This document shows, one piece after another, positions 1 to 9,631 of a DNA stretch of 64,000 nucleotides. Each line of letters starts with the position of its first letter. The stretch's first letter is position 1. This DNA is from an uncultured Clostridia bacterium (GTDB lineage: Bacteria; Bacillota; Clostridia; Oscillospirales; QAMX01): the NCBI GenBank assembly GCA_944376195.1, contig CALWBW010000001.1:17043-81042 (forward strand), written 5' to 3'. Below the pieces are notes generated by a model. The model was not told the origin of the DNA. It made no database searches and was given only the letters and a program-made list of their open reading frames with translations. Both the position numbers and the translations under genes were made by a program.

Positions 1-37
1 GTAAAGCGATAAAGTCTTTGTTGCCGTAAAACAAAAG

Positions 38-62
38 GCCGCCCGGTTAGGGCGGCATTTTG
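38..62 (+). terminator. Rho-independent terminator of the gene lying upstream of the window
   Basis: GCCGCCC (38-44) pairs with GGGCGGC (50-56) around a 5-nt loop, followed by ATTTTGTGTG. An A-run precedes it, so it could work in both directions. Confidence 0.6.
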
Positions 63-161
63 TGTGTCTATTACCGGATACAGATTTTTGCCTGCGTGCA
101 TCGGTCAAGTGAAAAAACAAGCGGATTGCATTAAAAAACAAAACTTTTGGGAGAAAGCATC

Positions 162-1976
162 ATGGGGAAAAAATCTAGCAAAACGAAATTGATTACGCGT
201 TTTATGCCCGGAGCGTTACCATGGTTTCTCATTACGATTCTGGGAAGCGCTATGCTGACATTGTGCGAGACCATCATGCCGCAGATTGTCAGTGTGACAG
301 TAGACTCTGTTATTGGGGACAAGCCCTTTTCTCTGCCGGATTGGGTAGTCGGTCTTTTGGGAGGCTCGCAAGCATTGGAGGGATTGCGCGGAAAACTTGG
401 TCTGATGGCGGCGGCGGTGTTAATTGTCGCGGGTTTATCCTTTATTTTCCGGTACGTGCAACGTGTAGCAAGCGCGCGCGGATCGGAACGGTATGTAAAA
501 AATATGCGCGATGCTTTATTTGCGCATATCCAGCGTCTGCCGTTTTCCTGGCATTCCGCCAACCGTACCGGTGATATCATTCAACGCTGCACTTCCGATG
601 TGGAGACCGTACGTACCTTTGTTACGGGTCAGCTTTTGGAAGTGTTCAGCGTGCTGTTTCATATCATCATTTCCCTGTCTTTTATGTACTCTATGCATGT
701 TAAGATTGCCCTTGCGGCGACGCTTTTCATGCCCGTTGTGTTCCTGTACTCGATGTACTTCCACAAAAAAATTTCCAGCCGTTTTACGGAAGCGGATGAG
801 GCGGAAGGCGTCATGTCTACGGTTGCTCAGGAAAATCTGACGGGTGTTCGTGTAGTGCGTGCCTTTGGCCGGGAACGCTATGAAAAAGACAAATTTGAAG
901 AAAAGAACAGTTTGTTTTCCAAACTCTGGATTAAGTTGGGATATCTGCTCAGTTGGTATTGGGCATTGGGCGACGCCGTTTCCAGTTTCCAGGTGCTGAC
1001 GGTTATTGTAATGGGTGCGGCAGAAGCGGTGAATGGCGGAATTACAGCAGGACAGTTTATTGCATTTGTCTCTTATAACTCCATGCTCGCCTGGCGCGTT
1101 CGTTATCTGGGCCGTATGGTCAGCGAGATGAGCAAAGCGGGTGTCTCACTGGGTCGTTTGGACTATATCCTGAGTTCGAAAGAAGAACAGGACCGCCCTG
1201 TTACGAAAAGCGGCAACCTGTCCGGCGACATTGTGTTTGACCACGTTTCCTTTGGTTATACGCCGGATAGCGAGACACTGCATGATGTCAGTTTTACCAT
1301 TCCTGGCGGTTCCACATTTGCTATTTTGGGCGGCACGGGATCCGGAAAGTCTACCATCATGCATCTGTTGAACCGTCTGTATGAAATCCCGGAGGGATGT
1401 GGACGGATTACCATTGGCGGCGTGGATATTGCCGATATGAAGGCTGACGAACTGCGAGAGGGAATCGGCATGGTACTTCAGGAGCCGTTCCTATTTTCTC
1501 GTACGATTCGGGAAAATATTGCGATTGCACGCCCCGACGCGACATTGGAGGATGTCCGTGCGGCGGCGGCGGATGCCTGCTTGGATGAAAGCGTCAATGA
1601 ATTTTCCCTGGGATATGATACCATGGTTGGTGAGCGCGGCGTTACCTTGTCCGGCGGACAGAAGCAGCGCGCTGCCATTGCTCGGATGTTAGTGAAAAAA
1701 ACGCCGGTAATGGTATTTGACGATTCCCTTTCTGCTGTGGATACGGAAACGGACGCCAAAATCCGTGAGGCACTTTCCCGGCATATGTCCGGTGCAACGG
1801 TCATTTTGATCGCGCACCGCGTAACGACGTTAATGAGTGCGGATTGCATTTTGGTGATGGATAACGGTCGTGTGGCGGAAATCGGTACACATGAGGAATT
1901 GATGAAAAAAGACGGGATTTACCGTCACGTTTACGAGATACAGATGGCCGGAGCCAGGGAGGCAATGGATGAATAA
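162..1976 (+). CDS. ABC exporter, fused permease-ATPase, heterodimer subunit carrying the degenerate Walker B
   Basis: The track ORF starts at a TTG at 147. The ATG at 162 sits 7 nt after GGGAGA. It has an N-terminal multi-TM exporter domain, then Walker A GGTGSGKST, signature LSGGQKQR and Walker B VMVFDDSLS, with Asp where the catalytic Glu normally sits. Confidence 0.9.
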   Translation: MGKKSSKTKLITRFMPGALPWFLITILGSAMLTLCETIMPQIVSVTVDSVIGDKPFSLPDWVVGLLGGSQALEGLRGKLGLMAAAVLIVAGLSFIFRYVQRVASARGSERYVKNMRDALFAHIQRLPFSWHSANRTGDIIQRCTSDVETVRTFVTGQLLEVFSVLFHIIISLSFMYSMHVKIALAATLFMPVVFLYSMYFHKKISSRFTEADEAEGVMSTVAQENLTGVRVVRAFGRERYEKDKFEEKNSLFSKLWIKLGYLLSWYWALGDAVSSFQVLTVIVMGAAEAVNGGITAGQFIAFVSYNSMLAWRVRYLGRMVSEMSKAGVSLGRLDYILSSKEEQDRPVTKSGNLSGDIVFDHVSFGYTPDSETLHDVSFTIPGGSTFAILGGTGSGKSTIMHLLNRLYEIPEGCGRITIGGVDIADMKADELREGIGMVLQEPFLFSRTIRENIAIARPDATLEDVRAAAADACLDESVNEFSLGYDTMVGERGVTLSGGQKQRAAIARMLVKKTPVMVFDDSLSAVDTETDAKIREALSRHMSGATVILIAHRVTTLMSADCILVMDNGRVAEIGTHEELMKKDGIYRHVYEIQMAGAREAMDE

Positions 1977-3801
1977 TTGGAAACAGGATGAGGCCACGGT
2001 TAAACTGAAATTTTTTGGCCTTGGGAAAATTTTGCCCTATATTAAACCACACAAACGGCTGGTGCTTTTTATGTTCCTGTCCGTAATCGGGGAGAGTGGA
2101 CTTGCAATGTGTATCCCGCTGTTTCAGCGGTATGCCATTAATAACTTTATTGAAGCGGGAACGCTGGACGGCTTGGGCATTTACATTGTGGTATATGTCT
2201 GTGCCATTCTGGTTCAGGTGACCTGCGGTGCGCTTTGGACGTTGAATTCCATGAAAACGGAGATGTATGTGGGACGTGATCTGCGTCGCGCGGCGTTTAA
2301 TCATTTGCAGACCCTTTCTTTTACATACTTTAACCAAAACGCAGTGGGTTATATCCACGCCCGTGTTGTGTCTGACACCAACCGTATTGCCGGTACGGCC
2401 TCCTGGGGAATTATGGATCTCTGCTGGTCGGTCATTTACTTAATCGGAATCTGTATCGTCATGATCTGCCTGGACTGGAAGCTTGGTCTTATCATTGTGG
2501 CAATTACGCCGGTCGTTATGGTATTGGGCGGTCTGATCCGTCGGAAGGTTGTGGCTTCCAACCGGATTGTACGGGAAATCAATTCCCGTATCACGGGAAA
2601 TTTCAATGAAGGCATTACCGGCGCCAAAACGACGAAGACTCTGGTCATCGAAAAGAAAATGGAGGGGGAATTTAACCGCACGACGGAGGAAATGCGGCGT
2701 ACGGCCGTGCGTACGGCGCGGTATAACGCGCTCTTTATTTCCACCACTACGTTTATCTGCTCCTTTGCCATTGCCATCACGCTCTATTATGGTGGTCAGC
2801 TTTCCATGGAAGGTGCGATGATGATCGGAACACTTTCCGCTTTTACCACTTATGCAATCAGCCTGATTGATCCGGTGCAGAACATCGCTCGTATTGTGAC
2901 GGATCTTGTAACGGTGCAGGTAAACATTGAACGGTTTACGCGTTTGATCGCGACAAAACCGGACGTGACGGATACGCCGGAGGTTATCGCCAAATATGGC
3001 GATGTATTTGAACCGAAGCGTGAAAATTGGGAGCCAATCCACGGAGATATTGAATTCCGCGACGTCAGTTTCATGTACCCAGACGGGACGGAGTATGTTT
3101 TGGAACATTTCAACTTGAAAATTCCTGCCGGTACTTGTGTGGCAATCGTTGGGGAAACGGGCGCGGGAAAGAGTACGCTGGTGAATTTGGTCTGCCGTTT
3201 TTATGAGCCTACTTCCGGCCAAATCCTGATAGATGGCCGTGATTACCGGGAGCGCTCTCAGCTTTGGCTGCATTCCAACATTGGTTATGTGTTGCAGTCG
3301 CCGCATCTGTTTTCCGGTTCCGTGTTGGAAAATCTTAAATATGGAAATCCGGATGCGACCATGGAGCAGATTCAAGCGGCTGTGGAGGCTGTTTCGGCAA
3401 CTGGTATTATTGAAAAGCTGGAAAATGGTTATGACAGTGACGTCGGGGAGAGCGGCGACCTCCTTTCCACTGGCGAAAAACAGCTGCTCTCCTTTGCACG
3501 CGCCATTTTAGCGGATCCGCATATTTTTGTGCTGGATGAGGCCACTTCCTCGGTGGATACGCTGACGGAGCAGTTGATTCAAAACGCAATTGAAAAGCTT
3601 CTGGAGGGCAGAACATCTTTCCTGATCGCACACCGACTGTCGACCATTCGCCACGCGGATTTGATTCTCGTAGTACGTGCGGGGAAAATTATCGAGCAGG
3701 GTACGCATGAAGAACTTTTAAAGAAACACGGGTACTATTATTCGCTCTATACGCGTCAATATCAGGAAGAGGCGACAGAACGCATACTGGACAAAAATTG
3801 A
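1969..3801 (+). CDS. ABC exporter, fused permease-ATPase, heterodimer partner subunit
   Basis: The start overlaps the upstream stop by 8 nt, with GGGAGG 7 nt upstream. Walker A is GETGAGKST, Walker B is the canonical IFVLDEATS, and the signature is altered to LSTGEKQL. Confidence 0.9.
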   Translation: MNNWKQDEATVKLKFFGLGKILPYIKPHKRLVLFMFLSVIGESGLAMCIPLFQRYAINNFIEAGTLDGLGIYIVVYVCAILVQVTCGALWTLNSMKTEMYVGRDLRRAAFNHLQTLSFTYFNQNAVGYIHARVVSDTNRIAGTASWGIMDLCWSVIYLIGICIVMICLDWKLGLIIVAITPVVMVLGGLIRRKVVASNRIVREINSRITGNFNEGITGAKTTKTLVIEKKMEGEFNRTTEEMRRTAVRTARYNALFISTTTFICSFAIAITLYYGGQLSMEGAMMIGTLSAFTTYAISLIDPVQNIARIVTDLVTVQVNIERFTRLIATKPDVTDTPEVIAKYGDVFEPKRENWEPIHGDIEFRDVSFMYPDGTEYVLEHFNLKIPAGTCVAIVGETGAGKSTLVNLVCRFYEPTSGQILIDGRDYRERSQLWLHSNIGYVLQSPHLFSGSVLENLKYGNPDATMEQIQAAVEAVSATGIIEKLENGYDSDVGESGDLLSTGEKQLLSFARAILADPHIFVLDEATSSVDTLTEQLIQNAIEKLLEGRTSFLIAHRLSTIRHADLILVVRAGKIIEQGTHEELLKKHGYYYSLYTRQYQEEATERILDKN

Positions 3802-3824
3802 GTATATTTTCACGCTTCTTTTGT

Positions 3825-3853
3825 TTGACATGACCGAAATTACAAGGTATAAT
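3825..3853 (+). promoter_or_regulatory. Consensus sigma-A type promoter for the beta-helix gene
   Basis: TTGACA (3825-3830), exactly 17 nt of spacer, then TATAAT (3848-3853). Confidence 0.7.
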
Positions 3854-3881
3854 GTGGGTAACACATTATACCTTATTTTTT
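3844..3881 (+). terminator. Terminator-like hairpin after the ABC pair, overlapping the -10 box
   Basis: Perfect 13-bp inverted repeat AAGGTATAATGTG (3844-3856) / CACATTATACCTT (3862-3874) with a 5-nt loop, followed by ATTTTTT. Confidence 0.6.
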
Positions 3882-3903
3882 GGGGAGAAAGGATGAAAAG
3901 AAT

Positions 3904-5868
3904 ATGGCGGCATTAAAAGAGGCAAGCGCGATCCTTCCAAATGGGCAGTATTTTGATAATTGGGAAGTAGCGCAGACTTATGACCGGGAACTGCATGTTG
4001 CCTGCAATCACCCGGCGGCGAGCGATAGCAACGACGGTTCGGCAGACCATCCGTTTTTGACGATTCAGGCGGCGGCAGCCCTTGCGGAGCCCGGCACAAG
4101 GGTACGTATTCATGCGGGTACCTACCGGGAAACTGTTCGTCCGCAGAAAGGCGGCGAAAGTCCCTCTCGTATGATCTCCTATGAGGCTGCGGGAGATGGC
4201 GAGGTGATTATCAAAGCTTCTACCGTTGCAACTGCATTTGAACGCAGTACGGACTGGAACCTGTATCGTTTCGGTACGCCAGTCAAGGGCGATGCGGAGC
4301 CTGTTGTATGGCTGACCAAGCTGGATCCGGATGAGTATCGCGGCTATAATCCTTTCTGCGCGGTGAATATTTTGCATGACCGCCTTTTCATTGAATATGA
4401 CAAGACGGATATGACGCCATATTTAAACCGCCGCGGCATGGTATTTGTCGATGGAAAGCCGCTTACGCAGGTTGCGCTCTATAATCAAATGGCGCAAATT
4501 CCCGGCTCTTATTGGGTAGAGGCAAATGGTCAGATTGTACACTTCCGTTTGGAAGATGATGGCGATCCTGCGGATCATGTGATCGAGCTTTCTTGCCGTG
4601 AGCAGTGCTTTGCGCCGGATATTCCTTTCCTCGGATATATTAAAGTGTCGGGACTGACCTGCGCGCACGCGTCCATGGGCGCTCCTGTACCGCAGCGCGG
4701 TGCGATATCTTGTTTCCGCGGCCATCACTGGATTATTGAGGATTGTACGATTGACTGGGCCAATGCCGTTGGTATCGACTGTGGTGTAGAATGCTGGCAT
4801 CGTCCGCATTATGAGGATCAGATTTCGGGTTATACGATCATTCGACGCAATCAGATTTATGATTGCGGTGTCTGCGGCATTGCAGGTATGTTTGCGATCA
4901 ATCTGCTGATTGAGGACAACCTGATTCAGGGAACCGGATGGCAGAAGATGGAACTTTCCTGGGAAGCTGGCGGAATCAAAGTGCATAATTGCCGCAATAG
5001 CCTTTATCGCCGGAATATTTTCACCAAAACCATTCGCTGCGATGCCTTATGGATGGACTGCGGCAATGAAAACAACCGCGTGACACAGAATTTGTTCTTA
5101 GACGGAATTGAAGCTCGTGAAGCCATTTTCATGGAATGCACGCGCGATGATGTCAATCTCTTTGATAACAATATTATTTGGAATGTGGAAGGCCGCTTCA
5201 ATGAAGATGATGTACCGCACGTTGCAGGCTCTGCGCCATGGTATGCCATGAGTGAAGATGGCAGCATTGTCAACGGTTATGGTATTTACGGAGAAGGCAC
5301 CGACTATCTGTGGATCTCCAATAACCTGATAGGTAAATGCCGCAGCGCGGGATATTTCCAAAAGCCGGTCGCATTCCGTCTTGCAGGACGTGGTGGAACG
5401 GCTCGCGACGCGAAGTTCTTCAATAATATTTTCTACGAATGCGGGGAAGCTGCGATCAAAATGCCGACGGAGAAAAATGAGTCTGAGGGCAATCTCTTCA
5501 TGAAGATGCCGTCCGGTTTCCTGCGGATTTTGTATCCGGCGCCGACTGAATGTCTGGATCTCAAAGCATGGCGTGAGTTCCATGGATTTGATTTGACGGG
5601 GGCAGAGGCCGAGTTTGAGATTGATATCGATACCGATCATTATACGCTGGAAATTCGTCCGTCTACTGCGCCGGCGCGCCGTCCCTTTGGCCGCCGTTGG
5701 GGCGAGCTGATCCGTGACCCCGCGGCTCTCCCGAAAGTAAAGGCAGACGCGAAGGCGACGATTGATTTCTTTGGAAATGAAATGACAGGCGAAGATCGAA
5801 TCGCCGGACCGTTTACGGAGCTTCCCGAGCATGTGGTGATAAATATCGACCCGCGTAAGTTAAAATAA
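3904..5868 (+). CDS. Right-handed parallel beta-helix repeat protein (DUF1565 / pectate-lyase-fold like), no signal peptide seen
   Basis: ATG at 3904 follows GGAGAAAGG; the track start at 3880 was rejected. The N-terminal motif DGSADHPFLTIQAAAALAEPGTRVRIHAGTYRE is typical of beta-helix proteins, and the body shows repetitive I/V-x-N/D-N turns. Confidence 0.7.
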   Translation: MAALKEASAILPNGQYFDNWEVAQTYDRELHVACNHPAASDSNDGSADHPFLTIQAAAALAEPGTRVRIHAGTYRETVRPQKGGESPSRMISYEAAGDGEVIIKASTVATAFERSTDWNLYRFGTPVKGDAEPVVWLTKLDPDEYRGYNPFCAVNILHDRLFIEYDKTDMTPYLNRRGMVFVDGKPLTQVALYNQMAQIPGSYWVEANGQIVHFRLEDDGDPADHVIELSCREQCFAPDIPFLGYIKVSGLTCAHASMGAPVPQRGAISCFRGHHWIIEDCTIDWANAVGIDCGVECWHRPHYEDQISGYTIIRRNQIYDCGVCGIAGMFAINLLIEDNLIQGTGWQKMELSWEAGGIKVHNCRNSLYRRNIFTKTIRCDALWMDCGNENNRVTQNLFLDGIEAREAIFMECTRDDVNLFDNNIIWNVEGRFNEDDVPHVAGSAPWYAMSEDGSIVNGYGIYGEGTDYLWISNNLIGKCRSAGYFQKPVAFRLAGRGGTARDAKFFNNIFYECGEAAIKMPTEKNESEGNLFMKMPSGFLRILYPAPTECLDLKAWREFHGFDLTGAEAEFEIDIDTDHYTLEIRPSTAPARRPFGRRWGELIRDPAALPKVKADAKATIDFFGNEMTGEDRIAGPFTELPEHVVINIDPRKLK

Positions 5869-5965
5869 CGCGACTGGAGCTGCGTCATGTGAATCCGGTG
5901 CAATGTGATTGCTGGACACTTTTTAGATGAAGTAAGACGCATACTGTTTTGGTGTGAATGAGTCA

Positions 5966-5998
5966 AAAGCACGGTGTCTTTTCGACACCGTGCTTTTC
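5966..5998 (+). terminator. Rho-independent terminator
   Basis: AAAGCACGGTGTC / GACACCGTGCTTT 13-bp stem with a 5-nt loop, followed by TCTC. Confidence 0.7.
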
Positions 5999-6035
5999 TC
6001 GTATGGCATATACGTAAGAAAGGAAAATTTACAGC

Positions 6036-6578
6036 ATGAAAAACGAAGAGCAGATCAGCCGCGAATTTGCAGTCAGTGAAGTGCGAAATATGGCGTTTCA
6101 GTTTTCCGACCTCTATTTTACATTTGTATCAGAATTGCGGGAACGCTTGGGGGAGGAAGAAGCAATTACGATTGCCACGCGCGTTCTCTTTCGGCGTGCG
6201 GCGGAACGTGCGCTTGACATGGTTCGACGTGCGGAAGCGGAAGGCGTTGCGCGTATTCCCGAAAATATCAACCGGATGACGGATGTACCGTTTTTGGGGT
6301 GGGATGCGTCTTTTGGCCGTGACTTATGCCCCTATGGTGCCGCCTGGAACCGCAGAATTGCAGAAAACCCCTGGTTTCAGCGTTTTGCGCGATTATATTG
6401 TGATGTTACGGATACGACCATTGCGGAGATTTTTACTGGCTGTTATTCTCACCGGCTCTATCACAATGTCGTCCTGGGCGACGATGCGTGTGAGCGTGAG
6501 TATTTTTTATCCGATTCCGTTCGGGAGGGAAAATGGACTTATGGGGCGTTGCCGGATGGAATGTACGCAAACAAGTAA
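6036..6578 (+). CDS. Small Cys-containing protein, possibly the L-2-amino-thiazoline-4-carboxylic acid hydrolase-like family
   Basis: 180-aa ORF with AAGAAAGGAAAA upstream. The family call rests only on my recollection of similar short Cys-rich clostridial proteins (LCPYG..., YCDVTD...), so it is weak. Confidence 0.35.
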   Translation: MKNEEQISREFAVSEVRNMAFQFSDLYFTFVSELRERLGEEEAITIATRVLFRRAAERALDMVRRAEAEGVARIPENINRMTDVPFLGWDASFGRDLCPYGAAWNRRIAENPWFQRFARLYCDVTDTTIAEIFTGCYSHRLYHNVVLGDDACEREYFLSDSVREGKWTYGALPDGMYANK

Positions 6579-6601
6579 CCTGTACAATGAAATTAATAAA
6601 A

Positions 6602-6628
6602 GCCGCACAGGGATTTCCCCTGTGCGGC
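6602..6628. terminator. Bidirectional terminator between convergent genes
   Basis: GCCGCACAGGG / CCCTGTGCGGC 11-bp stem with a 5-nt loop. There is a T-rich run downstream and an A-rich run upstream. Confidence 0.65.
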
Positions 6629-6644
6629 CTTTCTGCGTTTTTTC

Positions 6645-7274
6645 TTATTCCTGCAAAGGCGCGCCGTTTAGTTCTTCAACGCGGACTACGCCGCATCTCA
6701 CAGCGTAATCCAGCAATTCACAATAGTATCCGACTGTGGTCAGCTGCATATAGGGTCCGACATACAGAATCATCAAGATGCCACAAGTGAGAGAGGAAAG
6801 AAGCGCCCAGCCGATAAAGCTCAGCTGCAAAATAAAGAGCTCTGCCTTGTGGCCGCGCATGATGCGCATGGAAAGCTTCAATGCGTCTTGCGCGCTTACA
6901 TCCGGATAGGCGGCTAGGATGTAGGGGGTCATGGCATAGGAATATGCTTTTATTATGCCTGGAATGAAGAAAAGTAAGGACCACAAAAAAGTCCAGAGCA
7001 TCATCCAGAGATAACCGCCGACCTTGCGGGCATAGTTGATGGAAAAACCGGTTGCAAAAACAGTTGAAATTTGCGGGGAAGTGCCTTGAAATACCATCAG
7101 GTAATAACAGATGAGACCGAGCTGTAATGGAACCGCCACCAATAGTACTCCTATAAACGTATAGGATGCTATAGCGGCCAGCAGCACGACAATGAAAAGG
7201 GAACCGACACATCCCCCGTAATTACCGCGCAGCATCATTCTGGCACGCTCTTTGATCTGTGCACGAGTTGGCAT
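6645..7274 (-). CDS. DUF975-family integral membrane protein
   Basis: The N-terminus MPTRAQIKERARMMLRGNYGG followed by several hydrophobic spans is the typical DUF975 layout. An RBS AAGGAGGG lies upstream. Confidence 0.65.
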   Translation of the reverse strand: MPTRAQIKERARMMLRGNYGGCVGSLFIVVLLAAIASYTFIGVLLVAVPLQLGLICYYLMVFQGTSPQISTVFATGFSINYARKVGGYLWMMLWTFLWSLLFFIPGIIKAYSYAMTPYILAAYPDVSAQDALKLSMRIMRGHKAELFILQLSFIGWALLSSLTCGILMILYVGPYMQLTTVGYYCELLDYAVRCGVVRVEELNGAPLQE

Positions 7275-7345
7275 AGAAACCCTCCTTATTGCTTGATTTC
7301 ACAAACTGTTCACAAATATAATTATAAAGAAATTTGGATTTTTCG

Positions 7346-9532
7346 TCAAGTAAAAGATTTCAAATTTCGCAATGTAAAGCGCTCGTCAAGTGATTTCAAA
7401 GGTTTGGGAACGCCGTTTTCACAGAGCAGATATAATTTGTGCAGCGCGCGGGTACAGAGCAGGTAAAGCATACGGGGATCGCTGATATCGGAACAATCGG
7501 CAACTACCGCATCAAATTCCAGTCCTTTTGCCAGAACCGCGGGCAGAAAGACCATACCGGACGGCAATTCCTGCTCCGGATCAGTCAAAAGCGTGGCAGG
7601 AAGGGATACCGCTTCGAAAAGAGACTTCGTGCGCGCGGTGGTAGAGCAGATGATGGCGACCGTTCGGCAGTCTTCCAACACACCGCTATGACAGAGATCA
7701 GTCAGAAGATGCGCGGCTGTCGCACCGGTCAAAACCTCCGGCAGGGGCCCTTTTCGGTCAAAGAAGTCTATTTGATCATCCCCCGACAATCCGGATGCAA
7801 GTGCGCAAATAGGAGCGGTTGAGCGGTAGCTTCTTTCCAGAGAAACGTGGTGACAACCGGGATACAGTGCAAGGAGATCTTCCTCTGTGTTCAATCCAAG
7901 ACCAGGGAAGACAGACTGGCGCGGATCTGCAAGGACAGTAAACGTGGCGTAGGGATAGACTTTTTTCAATATGGCGTGTTGAAATGCCTGATAATCCTGC
8001 GCTTCATCAATTAAAAGTTGCCGTACGGTCAAATTTGGTTCAAAATTGCCAAGTAAAACAGCAAGATAAGAGATACATACGGCATCTTCATAATAAAGCG
8101 AAGTACTTTCCAACGCGGATTTAGTAAGTTGAAGGATTGCTTTTCCATTTTCTAATTTTTTGCAGTAATCCGCAAGAATCTGTTGATAAAGCGGCAGGAG
8201 CGCCAATCCGTTACGCGTATCGATTTCCGCAAGGGTATTCAATACGCTGTCACGGCGGCGGCGAATAAACTCCTCCTCGTATTCATCTTCAAAATAATCG
8301 CCGTCTGAACGCCAGATATCGTTCAAAATTTCTTTTTTATGCAAATCAAAATAATCTTCCAAGAGTGTGCGTGTATAATCTCGCGCATGTTTTAAAACAA
8401 CGTCAAACGGACGTTCCCGCATCATTTCTGCGCAGCGTTTGTCAAAATCTTGTGCGGAGCAGAGTATGGTATCTTCATAGGCAATGGCAGGCATATGGAA
8501 TGTAAAATTTTGAAAATATGCATGCATAAATTCCAGAAAAGAACGAGAGCCTTTAAGCACGATGGATTGCATCCGCAAATCCCCCTGCGGAGCGGAAAGC
8601 ACATATTCCGCCTGTGGGTAGTACTCCTCGAATGTAAATTCCTGCGGCAGAATACGATTGATGATATCGTCAAAAACCGTACAGCGCGCGTCTTCTTCTC
8701 CGAGTTCCGGTAAAATATCTGAAATGTATGAGGAAAACACACCATTGCGAGATATGATTTCAAAATTGTTAGTAGTTAAGCGTCCGCGATTCCGGTAAAG
8801 CAGATAGGCAAAACGATGCAGGCCAACTGATGTTTTCCCGGAACCTGCTGGACCGAAAATGATAAAATCACCCGCTGTTTCATCCCGAATGGCACGGTTT
8901 TGCTCCTGTTGAATGCTTTCAATGATAACTTTAAGTTTTGCTTGTGTATTTTCAGAAAGGGCTTCTCCCAGCGCTTCGTCATGTAAGGAAGCGTCGGCGT
9001 CATACATAAGCACCATTTTTCCGTCGCGGATTTTAAAGCGGCGCTTTAGTGCGACTCTTCCGCGCTCAATACCGTCCGGACTTTGAAACTGCGCGGGACC
9101 GACAGTGCAATCATAAAACATGGATGCAATCGGGGTGCGCCAGTCGTAGATGTAAGGTTCAAATGTTTCTCGATCAAAGAAGGAGTGCGCGCCGACATAG
9201 ACCCGCTCGCGAAAACCGTCGCGGTCGGAAACAAAATCCAAACGGCCGAAGTAGGGAATACGATAAAGAGAAAGCATGTTGCGCAATTCCAAAAGTGCAC
9301 TGCGGTAATCGTCATCTTCCCGGGCAATGTCTGCATCGTAGAGCGTGAGCGAGGCTACATCGTCAAAATCCCGGATGACATGCGTCAATTCATCCCACAT
9401 TTTATAGCCGGATTCTTCGATATTGGATTCGTGCCCGGAAATTTTACGCTCGAGTTCGGCAATCCGTTTTTTTAACTGTGCGCGGACATCCTCTAAATAC
9501 TGATATTCAGCCTTTCGCTCATTTTGATCCAT
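7346..9532 (-). CDS. helD: HelD-like UvrD/Rep superfamily 1 helicase (RNA polymerase-associated helicase IV family)
   Basis: 728 aa with an N-terminal coiled-coil region. Motifs are Walker A FGPAGSGKTSVGLHRFAYLLY, LIDEAQDY, SYRST and a C-terminal KGLEFDAVV. Confidence 0.75.
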   Translation of the reverse strand: MDQNERKAEYQYLEDVRAQLKKRIAELERKISGHESNIEESGYKMWDELTHVIRDFDDVASLTLYDADIAREDDDYRSALLELRNMLSLYRIPYFGRLDFVSDRDGFRERVYVGAHSFFDRETFEPYIYDWRTPIASMFYDCTVGPAQFQSPDGIERGRVALKRRFKIRDGKMVLMYDADASLHDEALGEALSENTQAKLKVIIESIQQEQNRAIRDETAGDFIIFGPAGSGKTSVGLHRFAYLLYRNRGRLTTNNFEIISRNGVFSSYISDILPELGEEDARCTVFDDIINRILPQEFTFEEYYPQAEYVLSAPQGDLRMQSIVLKGSRSFLEFMHAYFQNFTFHMPAIAYEDTILCSAQDFDKRCAEMMRERPFDVVLKHARDYTRTLLEDYFDLHKKEILNDIWRSDGDYFEDEYEEEFIRRRRDSVLNTLAEIDTRNGLALLPLYQQILADYCKKLENGKAILQLTKSALESTSLYYEDAVCISYLAVLLGNFEPNLTVRQLLIDEAQDYQAFQHAILKKVYPYATFTVLADPRQSVFPGLGLNTEEDLLALYPGCHHVSLERSYRSTAPICALASGLSGDDQIDFFDRKGPLPEVLTGATAAHLLTDLCHSGVLEDCRTVAIICSTTARTKSLFEAVSLPATLLTDPEQELPSGMVFLPAVLAKGLEFDAVVADCSDISDPRMLYLLCTRALHKLYLLCENGVPKPLKSLDERFTLRNLKSFT

Positions 9533-9564
9533 AAGTAACTCCTTGCAGATAATTGGTATCTCTT

Positions 9565-9593
9565 ATTATTAAACATCCGACGAAAAATTGCAA
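9565..9593 (-). promoter_or_regulatory. Candidate helD promoter
   Basis: On the minus strand: TTGCAA (9593-9588), 17 nt of spacer, AATAAT (9570-9565), about 30 nt upstream of the helD start. Confidence 0.35.
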
Positions 9594-9596
9594 GTC

Positions 9597-9625
9597 TTGT
9601 AAATAACATACGACTGTGCTATAAT
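9597..9625 (+). promoter_or_regulatory. Strong orphan promoter with extended -10, divergent from helD
   Basis: TTGTAA (9597-9602), 17 nt of spacer ending in TGc, TATAAT (9620-9625). No credible + strand CDS lies downstream. Confidence 0.55.
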
Positions 9626-9631
9626 GAATAT

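Noticed and set aside
2440-3375. 311-aa minus-strand ORF, along with many 60-190 aa overlapping ORFs throughout the track
   Set aside because: All are nested in, or antisense to, genes with strong family motifs. None has a Shine-Dalgarno sequence at the right spacing. I treat them as frame artefacts.
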